From Botryllus schlosseri (Eukaryota), in NCBI GenBank assembly GCA_051294905.1, contig CM119384.1, positions 15,252,001-15,316,000 of the forward strand: a DNA stretch of 64,000 nt, written 5' to 3'. Each line of letters opens with the position of its first letter. Positions within the stretch are counted from its first letter, which is position 1. The position numbers and the translations under genes were made by a program. The notes under the pieces are model-generated. The model was not told where the DNA came from. It saw only the letters and a list, made by a program, of their open reading frames with translations, and made no database searches. Below, one piece after another: positions 1-15,000 of this stretch.

Positions 1-72
1 CCGACTGTTTACTACTTCGCAAAAGGCATCGATGACGATAGCTGTCTTGTATGTGCGTAGGAATGCTCTTAC

Positions 73-3000
73 TTTTTGCTGTCCATTTCGAAAAGGTCGG
101 GTTTACTCATATCCACTGCGTTTCTTCTCCGATTCTTAGTAGGAGTCGTAATTCCCGAGTCTTTGCCGATGGACGTCCCGGAATTCTTCCTGAATCCGCT
201 CTTGAACGGCGAATCGACTTGATCGCTGTTATTCGACGCTATGCTACCGGTACTGCCCGCTGTGAATGAGAAATGCCGAAGCCTCGCGTCAATTGTCTTA
301 TCGCGTTACAGAGTGAGAGATATCTGACGGTGTGCGATATCATATTCGAGAAATGTAAGTCAATGTTGTAATTACATGTACGTGTACGTGGTACATATAG
401 GGCGATCGCGATGACACTTATATCATATTCATTGTGGTTTTACCATCACAGTTTCCGGCTGTAGATAGGTATTGAAAGGTAATATACAGCTGTAGAAGCG
501 TATATAGATGCGAGAGTGGTGAAAGTAGTTGGCGTGATTCTCAAGTAGAAGTAGAAATTATGTGAATTTCTACGATTTTCATGATACGAAACAACTACTT
601 CAAGTATAGATGTAGATTGTAGATTGTAGACGAGAAGCGCGAAAGTAGTACCCTAGCGGGAGAGACATATGACGCTGACAATGCGTGGGTCGAAAATGTG
701 ATATTACTATTGTGCAAAGCTCCATTATAGATCGTTTATATCCGCGACCCGATTTTATCTAATATGCCAGAGTAATGGTTTCCATTACCTTATTCGCCAA
801 TCATGATCGAATTTATCACCTGGGTACATGTTAACTCGCGCTAATGCGAAACTTTTGACCCTGATATAACTATGAATAGCTGTTGAACAAAATTCTGGAG
901 CAAACTTTACGATCGGGCATCATGATTCATAAAGTAATGCGGATGAGCCATACGTGTGAATTTTGAATTCCGTGCTTATTGAAAGGAAGACTGTGCTATG
1001 TCAGCGCAACAAAACGCGACACACTTATGAATGGAAACGGTTGCATTCCTGTACTGTTATTGATACAGATGCCTATTCGGCACGGGTTGCCGCAACGGAA
1101 AATAGGCTGACCACGCCGTATTATTTATCTAGGCGGCAGTGACCCGACCACGGGACCTTATAGAGTGCAAAAGGTCGTCCATCTCTAATGGGTATGTAGA
1201 AGCGAACGTGAGTCATGGAATTCTAAAAGATTCGTTGGTACACAATTGAATAGTATATTCATATTGAAATGAACCCGAATATTTTTGGCTGACACTCGTC
1301 AGGGGTAATCGTCAGCAGCTTTGGATTAAGCAGAAACCTTGCTAGTTCAAAGGATGTAACGCAGCGTGAATAATATTGCGCGTGTGGCAAATGTATCTGG
1401 GGAAGTGTTACGAAGTGTAACAAAGACTATACTATACCACTGCCACAATTGCAATCGATTCATCATCCAAACTACTGTTTCATCATATCGGGAATATTGA
1501 CCCAAAATAGCCTTCTTTCCCTATCCTTGCGAGTACCTTAGAGTCCCATTTCTGATCTGCTAACACCACACCCATGTAGATTGGGCTATTTGAAATAAGC
1601 AGCCATACGTAATTCACCAAATCAGAAACATAATAACCGTAACCAACTACACCAACGGATAAAGCATTGATTTTAACCAAAGCCGCATTGCCACAAGCGC
1701 AGGGATGGTCAAAGTAGTCATTGTTGGTGACCAAGTAAAAGTAGAAGTAGAGACTTCCAAGTAAGTAAAAAGTGAATATTTTAGTGCCAGTTTTGCATAA
1801 ATACCTGTCAACCTAATATTACAAGTGGAAACAGTCTAAACCAGTGGTTCCCAAACTTTTCAAGAAAATTTACGAAATGGTCCAACTAACAATTTTTAGA
1901 AATTACTTACGGTCTCTTACCAAATTAACATAAAACAACATGTTGGATTTTATGGTGTCAATGTGACGGGTGTAGCTGATTTTTTTGCGACCAGCTCGGC
2001 TGTGTTTGGTTGCGTTTTTGACAACGCAACCCGTGAGCCGCATACATACAGAATACACATTCAAATTCATATTCAACCCCCTAAAAATCTGATATTGACA
2101 TTCATAGGGTGATCAACCCAATTTCTGAGCGACGAAGCCTTCAGACTCCTCTCACATCTACGGGTAATTTCATCGCTACACCCTTCATATACATCCGATT
2201 CAGAAACTGTGTCACACAATTCACAAATGAGTCCAAATAGGTACCAACCAGTGTTTTGGAAATGAGTGTGCAGTTATTTTTTAGTCGTTGTAGTGAATTC
2301 CAGAAATGTAGAGACACTAAATCACGCGACGCGCGATTAAAATTTCGATTTGAATAACTCCAAAATATGTATGTATATGTATTTTGAATAACGAAATAAT
2401 TTTGGGCCACCTTCGAGTTATAGGTTCAAACAATGAGTTGCCTGAAATCCAAATTTCCACAAAAAAAAAATTCACATCATCCAGGTGGTGCTTGGCTGTC
2501 CTAACAGATAATCTTGTGGACCCCAAAAGGAACGCTGACCCCAGTTTGGAGAAGCACTAGTCTAAACACATAAACACTCAAGTAGCGGATGAATTCGAAA
2601 CCTACTTGAGTACTCGGAAAAATGAGATATACTTCGTTACTGAACACCTATCTACAAGTGAACTTCAATATCGATTCACCCCTGGTTTTTCGTACACTTT
2701 CCTCTACTACACTACTGCACGCCACGATGCAATCATACAAAAACATCATTTGTGTTCTAAATCATAATTTCGCGTGCAACTCGCATGCCGACCACTTCGG
2801 TTTCATTTCAACGCGAACACTGGCATACAATCGTCTCCCGGGCCCGACACAGTTTTAAAATTCCCTCGACGAGACTTTGAAACAAAACTACAATGCTTTC
2901 CATCAAGTAACGGCGCTTATCTGCGCTGTTTAGTGACTCACACGCGGCACGCCCGTGAGCCCAAACCAATTCCCAAACCCGCTCAAGTGCTCAAACGCTG

Positions 3001-6000
3001 ATGCTGATATGCGCTCGCTGTGGGAGGCAAAAATTCAACGTGACAGCGATATAGGCAAATACATTCAATTCCATATGTGGTTAAATTAGTCAGCATTGCT
3101 ACACAAGTAGAAATAGAAGCATAATGCCCTAGATTTCTACTCATTCACAAGTAGAAGCTGCGATGGTCAAGATTAGCAAAGCTACTTCAAGTGAGGGATT
3201 ACAAAAGTACTCAAGTATGTAATTTCTAAAAGATAATTTGGTTGTGACATTGTATATACTTACAGTAGTCCACCAGAGGTGGCTATACTTTAAGTATTGA
3301 AAGATCCATCGTCGCGACCAGCACAAAATGACTATTAGCAATGTAAATGGGGCGTATTTCGAAAGAATATTCAGTTCAGATGATACAGAGGCTATTCGCT
3401 CGACTATCAAGACAATTTCAACCGTAACAGTGATGCAGAAAAAAACAAGCTACTTTCTACTTTACAAACTCCGTCACTTATGTAATTTTGCTTTAAAACA
3501 GCGAAATAAAAGTGTAAGTATTCTAAAACAATATCCACTTAATCAAATACCAAGAAAAAGTAAAATTACTCCGTGCCCAACTCTGCTGATTACTGTATGT
3601 AATCTTACTATTAAATGCCTCAACCAACCTCCTGCCAGCCTTGTTCCGACGGAGTCCGACAGATTGGCGAGATTTTCCGTGCTGGTTTTGGGTGACCTTC
3701 TCCTATCGGGCGACAAGCGTCGCAAGAGATCGGAACTGAAAACAGACAGGGTTCATGAGGTTATTCCGCAAAATTCAAACGGGGTGACACAAAGGGCTTT
3801 TAACTATCCAGCAAACGCATTCAACTCAGAGATCAGACTCTGGTAACAAGCGGATATCGCAGCGACAAAAAGGGGTTAGCGAAATGCTCGCTGATTTCAA
3901 AGTTTATAATATCTCCATCCATTACAGGGAAGGCATGTATTAAACTGAATATCGTCAACATGTTATGATTGTTATCAGCCTCCCAAATATACGGATTTAC
4001 CCTGCGGAAAGGCGTTTGTGAACCGAATTTCGCTTGCGCAGCGCGCCGCCTGCCACAGATAGGCAGTAATCTTCATTACTGCAATCTTCCATTTTATAAC
4101 CCTGCATCTTGGCCGCTTTCTTGTATTCCATTACGGTTTCGATATCGCTCGGTTTGCTGAAGCCTACCACTATAATCTGCAGCGGCCTGGAGTCGGCGGG
4201 TAGCGATTTCTTTGTGCACACTGACACTTCGCAAATGCTGAGGTGCTTTACTTCCTTGTGCGGCATGCACAGAGTGTCAGAGAAAAAATGTTCCGCTAGT
4301 TGCTGCAGTTTTTTCCTTTTCTTTTTCGGCTTGCACTCCGCGAGTTCGGAGTCGTCCCATTGCAATCCGGATATTTTGAGGAAAGCGGGCTCCGGCAAAT
4401 CAACCGCTTGGTTTTCGGCGGTTTGCAGTCGTTTGCTTGAGCTATCTACCTCAATCTCAGCTTTTTCGCGGAGGTAATCCAACAGTTCGCCGACTTTATC
4501 CATTTGAGTAACCACATCGCATAATTTCTCCTCTATCACATCAACGCGCGCAATGATTGCTTCATCCCTGCGTGTCATTTCATTGCTGATTGCATCGAAC
4601 TTCTCGTCGGCTATGACGTCACAATTTCTGGCACCTACAGTGTCACCATTCATGTTAACTGATACCTGTACTATAACAATACTTGACTGTGAGTACCACA
4701 GAACATAGAATTGATACGTTAATAACGGTGCCTTGTACTGTTCGGATGTCTACTCAGTAAACGGAAGCTGAGGTATTCTTTCAGCAGAGGTGTTTTCGTT
4801 ACAGCAAATGCACTGGAATGAATCATGCGCAACAATGGGACCTGAGAAACCTCATCCTGTCTTGACACGGTCCTCCATATACTGCTGCGGGCGATACGTT
4901 CTTTTGTAAGATAGAAAGATCCTCGCTGCAATTTATCAGACATGAATTCCTATGTTCTGCATTGAAGCTGATCAATTCATTTCTGATATTATCTTGACCT
5001 TCTGCGCCAGTGTGCGCTACATGCGTTAGGGATTTGGCGAATATATTCGAAGGAGTATATAGAGACAGAATTTTGGAAGGCCACATTGAAGTGAAGTCAT
5101 GGTTAAGCTGCCATGGCATACGCACATTGACGGAATATTTAACACATATACCTGAGCTAAAACTCCCGAGAAATGGGTCTACAACTACACCCCATTTAAT
5201 ACTGTTTACATTATATGTTATGGGTGTATTGCTCGATTTTGGTAGCGTCATCAGACCTGTGTGCATAACCCGCGTGTACTCTACTAAAACACAGGCGCAG
5301 ATAGGGTCATAGTGATGAGCGTTGGATTCTTTGTTGTAATTTAATTGGATGATTGCAATAAAGTTCGAAGTTGAGTGAGATTGTCACCGATTTACATCGC
5401 CGGGTTTAAATACCTGCTCCTCCCACTTGGCAATTTAGAAGAGAGTGAATTTGTGCAACTGAATATCCAAGGAGCTTGCGTTGTGACGTCACAGTTGTTA
5501 CTTATCGCAAATCCAAATCGTAGGCGCAAAATGCACGCTGGGTTTATACTGACTCGGCAGTGTGCTTCTAGCCTGCTAGTTAATATGTTTCGTGCCATTG
5601 ATCATGGATCCCTGACAAGGCAAATACATAGGAATATGAATGAACTAACGCCACATGTGATGCTATCCATGTGCATTGTGCATTTACCGTCAACGTATCC
5701 TCCATTCCGGCCCATATGTTAAAAACGATGGTTTGCCGTAGGTTCAAGGACCGATAGCTCTATACCCTGTATGCCTGCTCTGTCATTACTCAATGATATG
5801 AGGCTGACTACAGTGACCTGCATGTACCATTTTGCATATAAACTGTCGCATCAGTGAAAACAGTACGCGCCGAGATCGGACGTCGCCACTGTGCAGTGTA
5901 TCACAACAGGTATCCATCAAATTGATTTGAGCTATATGACTTCATCGCCGAACGAAACTACACACATGCAAGTTATGATCATGACTGATCACTTGATCAG

Positions 6001-9000
6001 TAATTGCGGCTTTCGCGGTTCAGTCAGTTTCGACGTAGGTGAATTCGCGAGTGAACGTAACTATGTTCGCTTATTCTGGAGTGCGGACATGGTACCGATT
6101 GTGTCGGGGCTCAATTAAAGACGTGCTTCCATTCTTTAATCGGCCCGTTTCCAGGTCTAAGGCAGTTACCTCTTAATCAGCACTTTTAAACCCTTCTTGC
6201 TTGCTTTTCGGGTGTCAGAATTGGACAGCGAACCGGAAGACGACCTGCGAAATTATATGGTATTATGTGAGAGAACCGACAGTTTTAGATATCCCTGGAG
6301 AACCGAAAATGGCAAGTATAGTGTTCCTCTTTTTCTCTTCAACTGATTCGCTGCTACCAAGCGATTACAAATAATATCTGTAAATTTTGGTGAAGTCACG
6401 TAATGGTTTCGGAAAGGAACTTGAGTAAAACATTGACGCAGGTTATAGTCCTGAGATGCTTCATATTGAAAAGCGTGGTTCAATTTTACTAACAAACTCA
6501 CAGTATCTACTATGGCCCAACAAGAATTGTGTTTTGGCGATATATAATGAGAAGAGCGGACATATGGCTCCCTGATTAAAAGGAGGATGGTTGCTTCGAT
6601 TTCGATTGCTCCGCAATGTATCCAGTATCCACACTTCGACAGAATGAATATGCAATTGTTTAAAAATAACTTTTTTCCTGGATTCCAGTGATTCACTGAT
6701 TAAATTGCCAGGTTACCCTAAAAAACGCTGCGCACCAAATTTGATTTGATTCTAACCAGTGTCAGCCGCTGCAGAGCCAATCAAATTTTTTAGTTTATTA
6801 GTGAAAATGAAAAAAATTCAAATTTCTCTGGTAACCCCATGAAATTGTTGAGTTGTCTTCAAAAACGATGCAAAATAAATTTGACTCGATTCCAACCGGA
6901 TTCCAACCACAAGGATAATCCGAGAATTATCAACGAAAAACTCAAATAACTCCGCGTCTACCGGTTGGAATCGAGTCAAATTTGTTTCGCATCGTTTTTG
7001 AAGACAAATCAACAATTTCATGGGGTTGACAGAAAAATGTGATTTTTTTTTTAAATTTTCCCCTATAAATTAACATTTTTTAATTGGCTCTGCGACGGCT
7101 TATACTTGTTAGAATTGAAACAAAGTTGGTGTGCGGCGTTTTTTAGGGTAACCTGACAATTTAATCAGTGACTGGCGGGAATCCGAAGAAAAGTTATTTT
7201 TGAACAGCCCTACTATGCATTCTTGCATAACTGACATTTTGACTACGGAGGGTAAATTTGGGATAATCCGATTGGTACCTTCGCCCACAATTTCGTGCTG
7301 GACACTGTGACACATCATTAACACTCATTATTTCACATTTGATCCATGAAATAACATCATGGGTAAAAAGTTCGACCCGAAAAATGTTCGTCTGTCTTCT
7401 GCAACTTTCATCTTGGCCACACGTATATCGTTGCGGAAATGCGGGTAGGCCGGGTATAGTTCATTCTCAATTCTGCTCAGTTGGGAACTAAATTCGGGAT
7501 TTTCGGCGAAAATTTGCCTTTCTTTACCAAGCGTTATCATATATTGTCTGCAGATTTGGATGAAAGTGGAGAAATACTCATAAGAGTGCCGCAACCGACA
7601 GCTGTGACGTCACAACACAGCATAGCTAAAATTCGAAATTTTGTATAACGGGGCCTATACCTAAGGTAGAAAGCCAAGGAGGTATAGCCACTTAAGACAG
7701 AAGTCTCCTCTCACTCAATATGCCAAATTCCCCCATACTTACGCAGCATCGTCGGGGTAGTGCAGACACGCCGCCGAATCCTGGGAGCGCTTTCTTTGCG
7801 CGGCGCGGTCCGCTTCGGAGTAACTGTGCGACCTTCGCCTGAACTTCATTTCGTCGGCAGTCAGATAATCCATACTTCCGCGTCCAACTCTCTTGGTGAC
7901 AGGAGTAGTTGTGACTGAAAGCGCACAGACAGTTTTGCATTGGCGGATTTTGACTCATGGCGACTTGTGCGTTTCTGATCTGCGCGCATACAGCGAAATT
8001 TGACCGGCGTGTGGCTTATTATCGACAGGCGTTTGTAACTTGCGTATTCAACATGAAATTACGCCAAGTCGACTAACCGCCTTGTCACAGGAATGCTTTT
8101 ATAGCGCTTACTATTCATAATCGGCGATATCAAGATATCATCTAGTTATATATATCATCACTATGCACTATGCAGCCTATAGTAGGAGTTCACTTAAGTG
8201 TATATTTATGTGATTGCACGCATGTGCACTGTACAGCAGTATCACGCTCAGGCGCAGTACATTAGCCCTTTCTGCAACGCTGAAGCCCCTTCCGTCCCAA
8301 ACTTCACTTGACTATAGTCATTGCACGCAACCATTCAACCCCAAGACATCAATGGTGCATGCGAGTAATTCACGACTGCTTTATTATAGTAACATTGATT
8401 TTCATGATATAGGTTCCGATAGGGGCGGCAAACTGAATTTCATTGTGGGCTACATTATCAGGTTGGCTGCAATTAATTGGTCAGACATCTTGCAAGTGTA
8501 ACTTCATACAAACTCGAACGCACTTGACAATAACTCACACTACTCTCGTCACAGGAGGGACTTGGGACATCGGGACTAGACACTTCTTTACGGCGTGGTG
8601 GGCACGGTAGATGGCAACGATATGTCCGTGCTTAATATCCGTGGGTTTGTAACCATTTTCTAACAGACCAAAAGGATTTTTGATATTTCGGTATACATGA
8701 AAATGATGGGGGGCGGGAGGGCATTTTGGACATGGATATAAAGACATGGACATGGACATGGACATAAAGACACCAATACGCTATGCTGCTGTGAAACTGT
8801 GAAATTCTAACTGGTCGCGACACAGGCACTGCTAGTCTGTACTAAATAGCTGATAACATAATGAAAAACGAATTGTAGTTGTAGACTGGAACGCGGTGTT
8901 TACGAATCAACGCTTGTGCAAGTTCTTATTTTTTTTTTACTTCGTAGCCACTATTATCAAGAAAATATTCACGTGTGCTACTGCCCTTCCAATAACAAAT

Positions 9001-12000
9001 ATTTCCAACGCTATCCCTAGTAAATACACTTACACCACCAAAGTTGTCTATGAAGTCAGTACCAAAGTTGAAAATAAATGACAGAAAGTGAAATGTATTT
9101 AGAATTAGATTATTTGACCTAGTGCCATTTGTAAAAATATCAGTTGATCTAACAGTGGTGCCGGGGGGAATTTAAGATTAACATGTGGACTGCGGGGTCG
9201 TCAAAAAGGTGGAACCACTTTTTCCGACTCCATGAAGAAGCTGGCATGGTAGATAATGATCAAATAAGTTTTTGGAAAAAATATAAATCCAGGTGACAAG
9301 GTAAAGGGCAAGCCGTATGAAACGCCTTGAGCATTCACCCCTTTAGTACAATGAAAGTGGCCCGTTATGAAATGGGAAGGTAAGAATGTGAGGAAAATTT
9401 TCCCCATTCGGTATCAGAATCGACAATATATGGCTTGTGAATTCATCCACGTTAAAATCTACAGCTGCCTACGTTATCGCGGGCACGCCATTATCTCGGG
9501 CATGATACTCAAACCTCGTAAGTTCAGACTATCATGCCTCGTAAGCAACCATAGTACGGTAAACGATGTAGCTGATGTCACAGACATAAACGTTGCTTGA
9601 CTCCGTGTGAGGCCGCGTATCACTGTGTTTTGATTAGTGTGAGATACGCTTCGAACAGCGCATTACGTAATATGTATTTTGATGGAAACGGCGAAGCTAC
9701 AATTAGGCCGTCAAGATGATCTAACATAGATCACTCGACACCAAATTTGGTAAATAGTTAATAAAGCTTCGATACATATTTCTCATTACCGCCTCCGAGC
9801 AAAATGCCTCCCGCTTACATCATACTATACTTGGATTTGGAAAAGGGATCGAAGCCGAGATCGTCATCTTATTTTTATATAGGTGATGCGACATTGATAC
9901 CAAATATCCTTCAAATGACGTATGTTCAACAGGAAGATTACACACTGTAGAGGCATATGTAGCCAGTTTTTACCTCTTCTAATGCCGTTTTAATCCAACA
10001 TAGGTTTATGTGTACGCAAGAAATCGGGATTGCAGACAAAACACGTGGAGTACGTTATGACTGCGACTCTAAATAATCAAACAGCTTTCAAAGTTTTCGG
10101 CTCGCACAAAATCTGCTGAAACTGTCTTTCGCGCTTTCTGCTAATCGAAGCTGTCACAGTTAGAATACCTAATCGGAAGCAACATGCCAACTGCGAAAGA
10201 ATAGTAATGCTCTCATAACACATCAACAACTCTACACGACTCCCTATTTAGAATTCCTGTAATCTTATCATCTAACAGACAGTGGAAGAAAAACATACCT
10301 TCGGTTTTCGTCTTCTCAGGAGGTGTTTTGCTCCCGGCTTTCTTTTTTCGAAAAGAACTTCTCAGAGACGAAGTAAATAATTTCCTTCTTTGAAACGGAC
10401 TGGGGGTGACATTTTCAGGCTGAGACGCTTTCCTGTCCGCTTTTTTAGACCAGAATCCATCCGACGTGCCCCGATTCGGGCAGCCATGAAAAGTCGATCT
10501 CAACGCGGAATTTCGCCTCATTACAATTGGTGTTGGCTTGAATTCTAGTTGTTGATTAACTCCCACGATACGGCTGTTCTCCTTTAAAATACAGCACTTT
10601 TGATTCACAGCACTTTCCACCTGCACTAGCGCTTGTTCAACGTCATTATCATTTGGTTTTCGAGTAGATATGTCGTTCTGTAACGGTCGCGTACATGACG
10701 TAATAAAAGAAATGGATTATTACAGTATCATGTTCCCAGCAGTATTTCATGGGCATCGATTACTGTCACACACACAACAGCTATAAGTGACATTCCGAGG
10801 TGGAAATCGAAATGAAAGTACCCTATTCTTATTGACTTTCCATATATTTCATGATACACGTTGACTAATTCTGCTGCGCAGGACAAATATACGGACTCAG
10901 ATTTGACCAATATGTTGAACTGCTGATTATTATTATCATTGATCGACAGGCCATGAGCTGATTCACGGATACCAATATACTTCACCTGCTGTAGACATTT
11001 CGTACAATGCCTTACAAGTGTTGTCGAGATGATCAGCAACCTTTCGCATCTCAGCGTGCCGAGAAGCAATCATCAATATTCTGTATACTCTATTCAGCAA
11101 ATAAGAGTACTTCAATGAGATGACGCCGAAATCAAATTCGGTATATATATTCACAAATCTATATTTAGTTCAAATAGTGTGGACTATTTATGATCTTACG
11201 ACATATAATATCTGCGCTGACGAGCAAATGCCGATTGGACGCGTGGACCCCCCGGCACGTTGAAAATGAAAGGGATACCAATATGTGGCCATCATGTGGC
11301 ATTCAGATGAAATCAAATATCTAAATACATTTTAAAACGATACACGCGAACATGGATCCGTTGACGGGCGACGAGTGTGGCGTTGGGTTAAATGACCGGC
11401 TCCGTTTTACATTAGGTCTGGTGAGAGCTCTGCTAATAGACGTTGTATCTTTTGCATGATATAGGTAACCTATATGTTACTTCAGGGGTGGGCAACATAC
11501 GGCCCGCGGGCCGGATCCGGCCCGCGATGGCATTTTGTCCGGCCCGCGGACAGATTCTCGTCTTATATGATAATGTGGCCTGCGGCCCATCAGTCTGCCG
11601 AGATATCCCACTTCTTGCTTACTACGTCAAATTTTAGTGACTGTGCGTTATTATATCCTGGTGTGCGCCCTGCGCAGCGTGCGAGAGTGGAGCTTACGGG
11701 CAAGTTCGTTGAAGCGAAAAGACTTGCACTGTCAGCATTAACTATGTACTCATCCCTAATGTTATTGGTGGTAATCATGGTGTTAGTCGTCCACAATGGT
11801 CATTTACACCAGGCCGATATTTCTTATTTTTCATTCCGTAACCGCCAACTGCTGGTAGCACGGCACACGTCCAGGCTTTTGTGAGATACAGCTTAGTAAT
11901 CATGCCGATGAGATGGCGAGGAGGAGCCTAGATAAAGCTCCATCACTTAGGTAGGAATTCTGGAGTCAGACTCGAAGCCACAACACATCGGTTTTGTAGC

Positions 12001-15000
12001 TGCGGATTATACAACTACGCTATCTCGCCACCTACTAAATTGGCGGTACAGGGCTTATCGAACGTCTTAAAATCATAATTTAGGATTGCATCTTGTGTTG
12101 ATTGATGAGAGAGAAACAGATATGGCGGTGCATGTATGACAGCGGTTCTCAACCTGTGGGGGGACGGGAAAGTATCTAAAAGTGGCGCGAAGTCACAGTT
12201 AACTGAAACTTTTTCGCGCTCCGCGCGATTCACCTCCAGCTTATGGTGATTACTATGTCTAGTGTACGAATTTCATATTTGAGAACTCTCTCATCAATAG
12301 CCATAACCTTTAATGCCATCAAACTACCCGTTGGGATGGCTAGTAGGGATGGTGTGAACGTGAGGTTCACGTTCGCGTTCTGTGTGTGAACTTCGGAAAT
12401 TTAGAGGTTCGCGTTCACAACAGAACCTTGGTAGGTTCTGCACTGTGAACCTTTTGGTAAATTGTAATTTTCACTTCACTATAAGATCTTTGGCTCAAAT
12501 TTATCGCATTTCAACTGCGGGCCACTCCACATCAGAGATGGAAGCGGGCCGGGTGAGCCGGACCCGAACCCGGCCTGAACCCGACAAGTTCAGCCCGAAC
12601 CCGGCCCGAACCCGACGGTCGAGTTTTGAGCCCGTTTCGGCCCGAAACCAAGTTCAAATAGCAATTTTCAACTGTTGCGAGCAAATAAGCTGATATACGA
12701 TTCAGATTTCGAGCTTTTCAACGCTTTCAATGCTCTCACTTTGTTTTCTTTCGATAGCAATCTTGCATATGGCAAGAGAACTTAATATATCTGAATGAGA
12801 ATACGCTGAAAACAGCCCCACTCTTAACTTAGTTCCACCATCCTTTTTGCAAAATGTGAACTGTATTAAATGGTTCAATACCAAACTAAATTAAAGAAAT
12901 AAAGGAATAAAATTGGCCAAGATGAGAAAAAATAGTGTGTTCAAAATACAAGTCAACTGTCATCCATACAAAGGGCGTTGCATTCACACGTTATACGAAG
13001 AATTGATTATTTCAATAGCCTCAACAGTTACTGGATACAGTCGGGTTCGTCTTTCAATTTTAAATGGGTAATGTGTTGCATCTTATCAATTCGTTCTCAA
13101 TCAATTCTCCATTCTCTATTTTGGCTGGTGACTATCAACGTAGTTTACCAGTTCTACGTATATGTGAGCGATACAGCGCCTTCTTGCGTGTATATTCAAC
13201 TCTATATTCGTTTAGCGGTTCAGAATCAGGGACCACTCAATATGTATTTCCGACAGCTAGCAAAATGCAATGATGCAATCATGCCTCATACTTCGAAATG
13301 GCAACTTGACTTGAATTGTGACTTGACTCGTGACTTGACTTGACTCGACTTGACTCGAGTCACCTCCAAAAATCGAGTGACTTGACTTGACTCGAGTCAG
13401 CTTTGAAAATCGATTGACTTGACTTGAGTCAAAATGCGCAATGACTCGAAATGACTCGTGACTCGAAGGTAGTGACTTGATCCCAACACTGCTATATAAC
13501 AATACTACCGCTGTCACATAGCCTAATACAATATAAGTTAGTTTCCGTACAGACCTAAAGCAATTCACCATGGACGACAAAATCACTATGGCGCATCTAA
13601 AAGCTTTCTTTAATAAATATTAACACCGCCGTAACACATCTATCGATCAATTCTGCTGTGCCACAACGGAAGCCGTCGTCTCATCACCTGCTTCTAGCTG
13701 TTCAGTTCAGCATGCCTCATCGAAATTAAAACTAAATTGGTAGTAATCCAGGCTCCAGCATGGTAATCCATCCATCCGTAAGTCATGTTTTCGTCACAAT
13801 GTGGCCTGAACAATGATCAATGTCTGGCGTATTTGGGACACTTGTTTACTATTTAGCTGACATTGTTTCATTATTCAATCATAGTCTTCGGGCCGTCTTA
13901 TAATGAAGTTTATCTGGGTTCGTACTTCGTATAAAATTTATTCACAGATATTGCCATACTTATACGTGATACGGTATTGGTGTATCTTATATGTAGTTGT
14001 GCCACTTTCGAACAAAATTGCAAATCAAATTTGTATATGAAGTCAATGCTTTTCGTAGTGACTATTCGGCCCGATTCAATCCCGATAATTTTTATAACTT
14101 TGGGCCCGAACCCGGCCCGAGCCCGGCCCGAACCCGGCCCGAACCCGAAAAGCCCGGCCCGACTTCCATCTCTGCTCCACATGCATGGTGCTGGCAGCAT
14201 AATAAATCAACGCTTAACGAGCATGCAACATGCACCTGCACCTCGACAACCTTAAAAGTTTTAGTTGCTTTGTAGCACAAATTTTCTCGAAATAACCAGC
14301 TTTCCGTTTGTGAATATTTAGTGACTCTCTGCTCTGAGCTTGACCCGCATTCATACAACATCACGAGCGATATGATGCTTATTCAACCAATCAATGACAT
14401 TGATATCGTCTTCTGATGTAAAAAATCGAACGGGTGTACGGGGTCAATCTTGACTTCATATCTTTACCGTATCATTAAAACCAAATCCGTGCGATTAAGG
14501 TGCTTGTTACTGCTGCATAACTTGTTGTTGTTTGTGGTATCGGTAGCGAGTATAGAAACCCGTTGTACACTCTGCTCAATATCAATGTAGCAATACTCAG
14601 ACTCCGAACACATTGTCCGGTCTGGCTAAGACCGTTAAGGCGTAAGCTTATATTCATTGGTAAGTCCTCGTTGAAATTGTTGGCAAAGCGACGGAATGTA
14701 TTGATTTTACGCAATTATTATATCCTTTGATTACCGCTGTTGATACATTTAGCGACGTTGAAAACGCCGATATGTACTTCAGCATTGTGGCATTATGTGG
14801 ACCGAGTCTTCGCTAGGTATCGTGTACATTAATATATATATATAGGCTATCACTTCATTGGAAGATAGGGTTGGAATTAGCAATATGACGTCACGTGACG
14901 TCACGAGGTTCACGTTCGTGTTCACACAGAACCTTTCAAAAAGGTTCGCGTTCACACGAACCCGAACCTTTCAGAGGTTCACACCATCCCTAATGGCTAG

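Larger units (their letters stand above)
12344..14992. mobile_element. hAT element family B (about 1 kb when empty), nest layer 3
   Basis: TIRs TAGGGATGGTGTGAAC / GTTCACACCATCCCTA, perfect TSD ATGGCTAG. Second copy without the insert at 35881-36876. Confidence 0.9.

Noticed and set aside
1483-3410. Hydrophobic minus-strand ORFs 1483-1734 and 3141-3410
   Set aside because: No convincing splice sites or family motif; they sit among TE remnants.
3328-3846. 172-aa plus-strand ORF
   Set aside because: No recognisable motif; it overlaps a better-supported minus-strand exon (3629-3735), so it is probably a shadow ORF.
13310-13470. Regularly spaced GACTTGACT repeats, superficially CRISPR-like
   Set aside because: Units are 5-10 nt with no unique spacers, in eukaryotic context, ending in a transposon terminus.
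12382-14364. Pro/Gly/Arg-rich ORFs (12382-12693, 13910-14200, 13977-14255, 13997-14275)
   Set aside because: By-products of the GC-rich CCCGAACCCGG subterminal repeats of the MITE.
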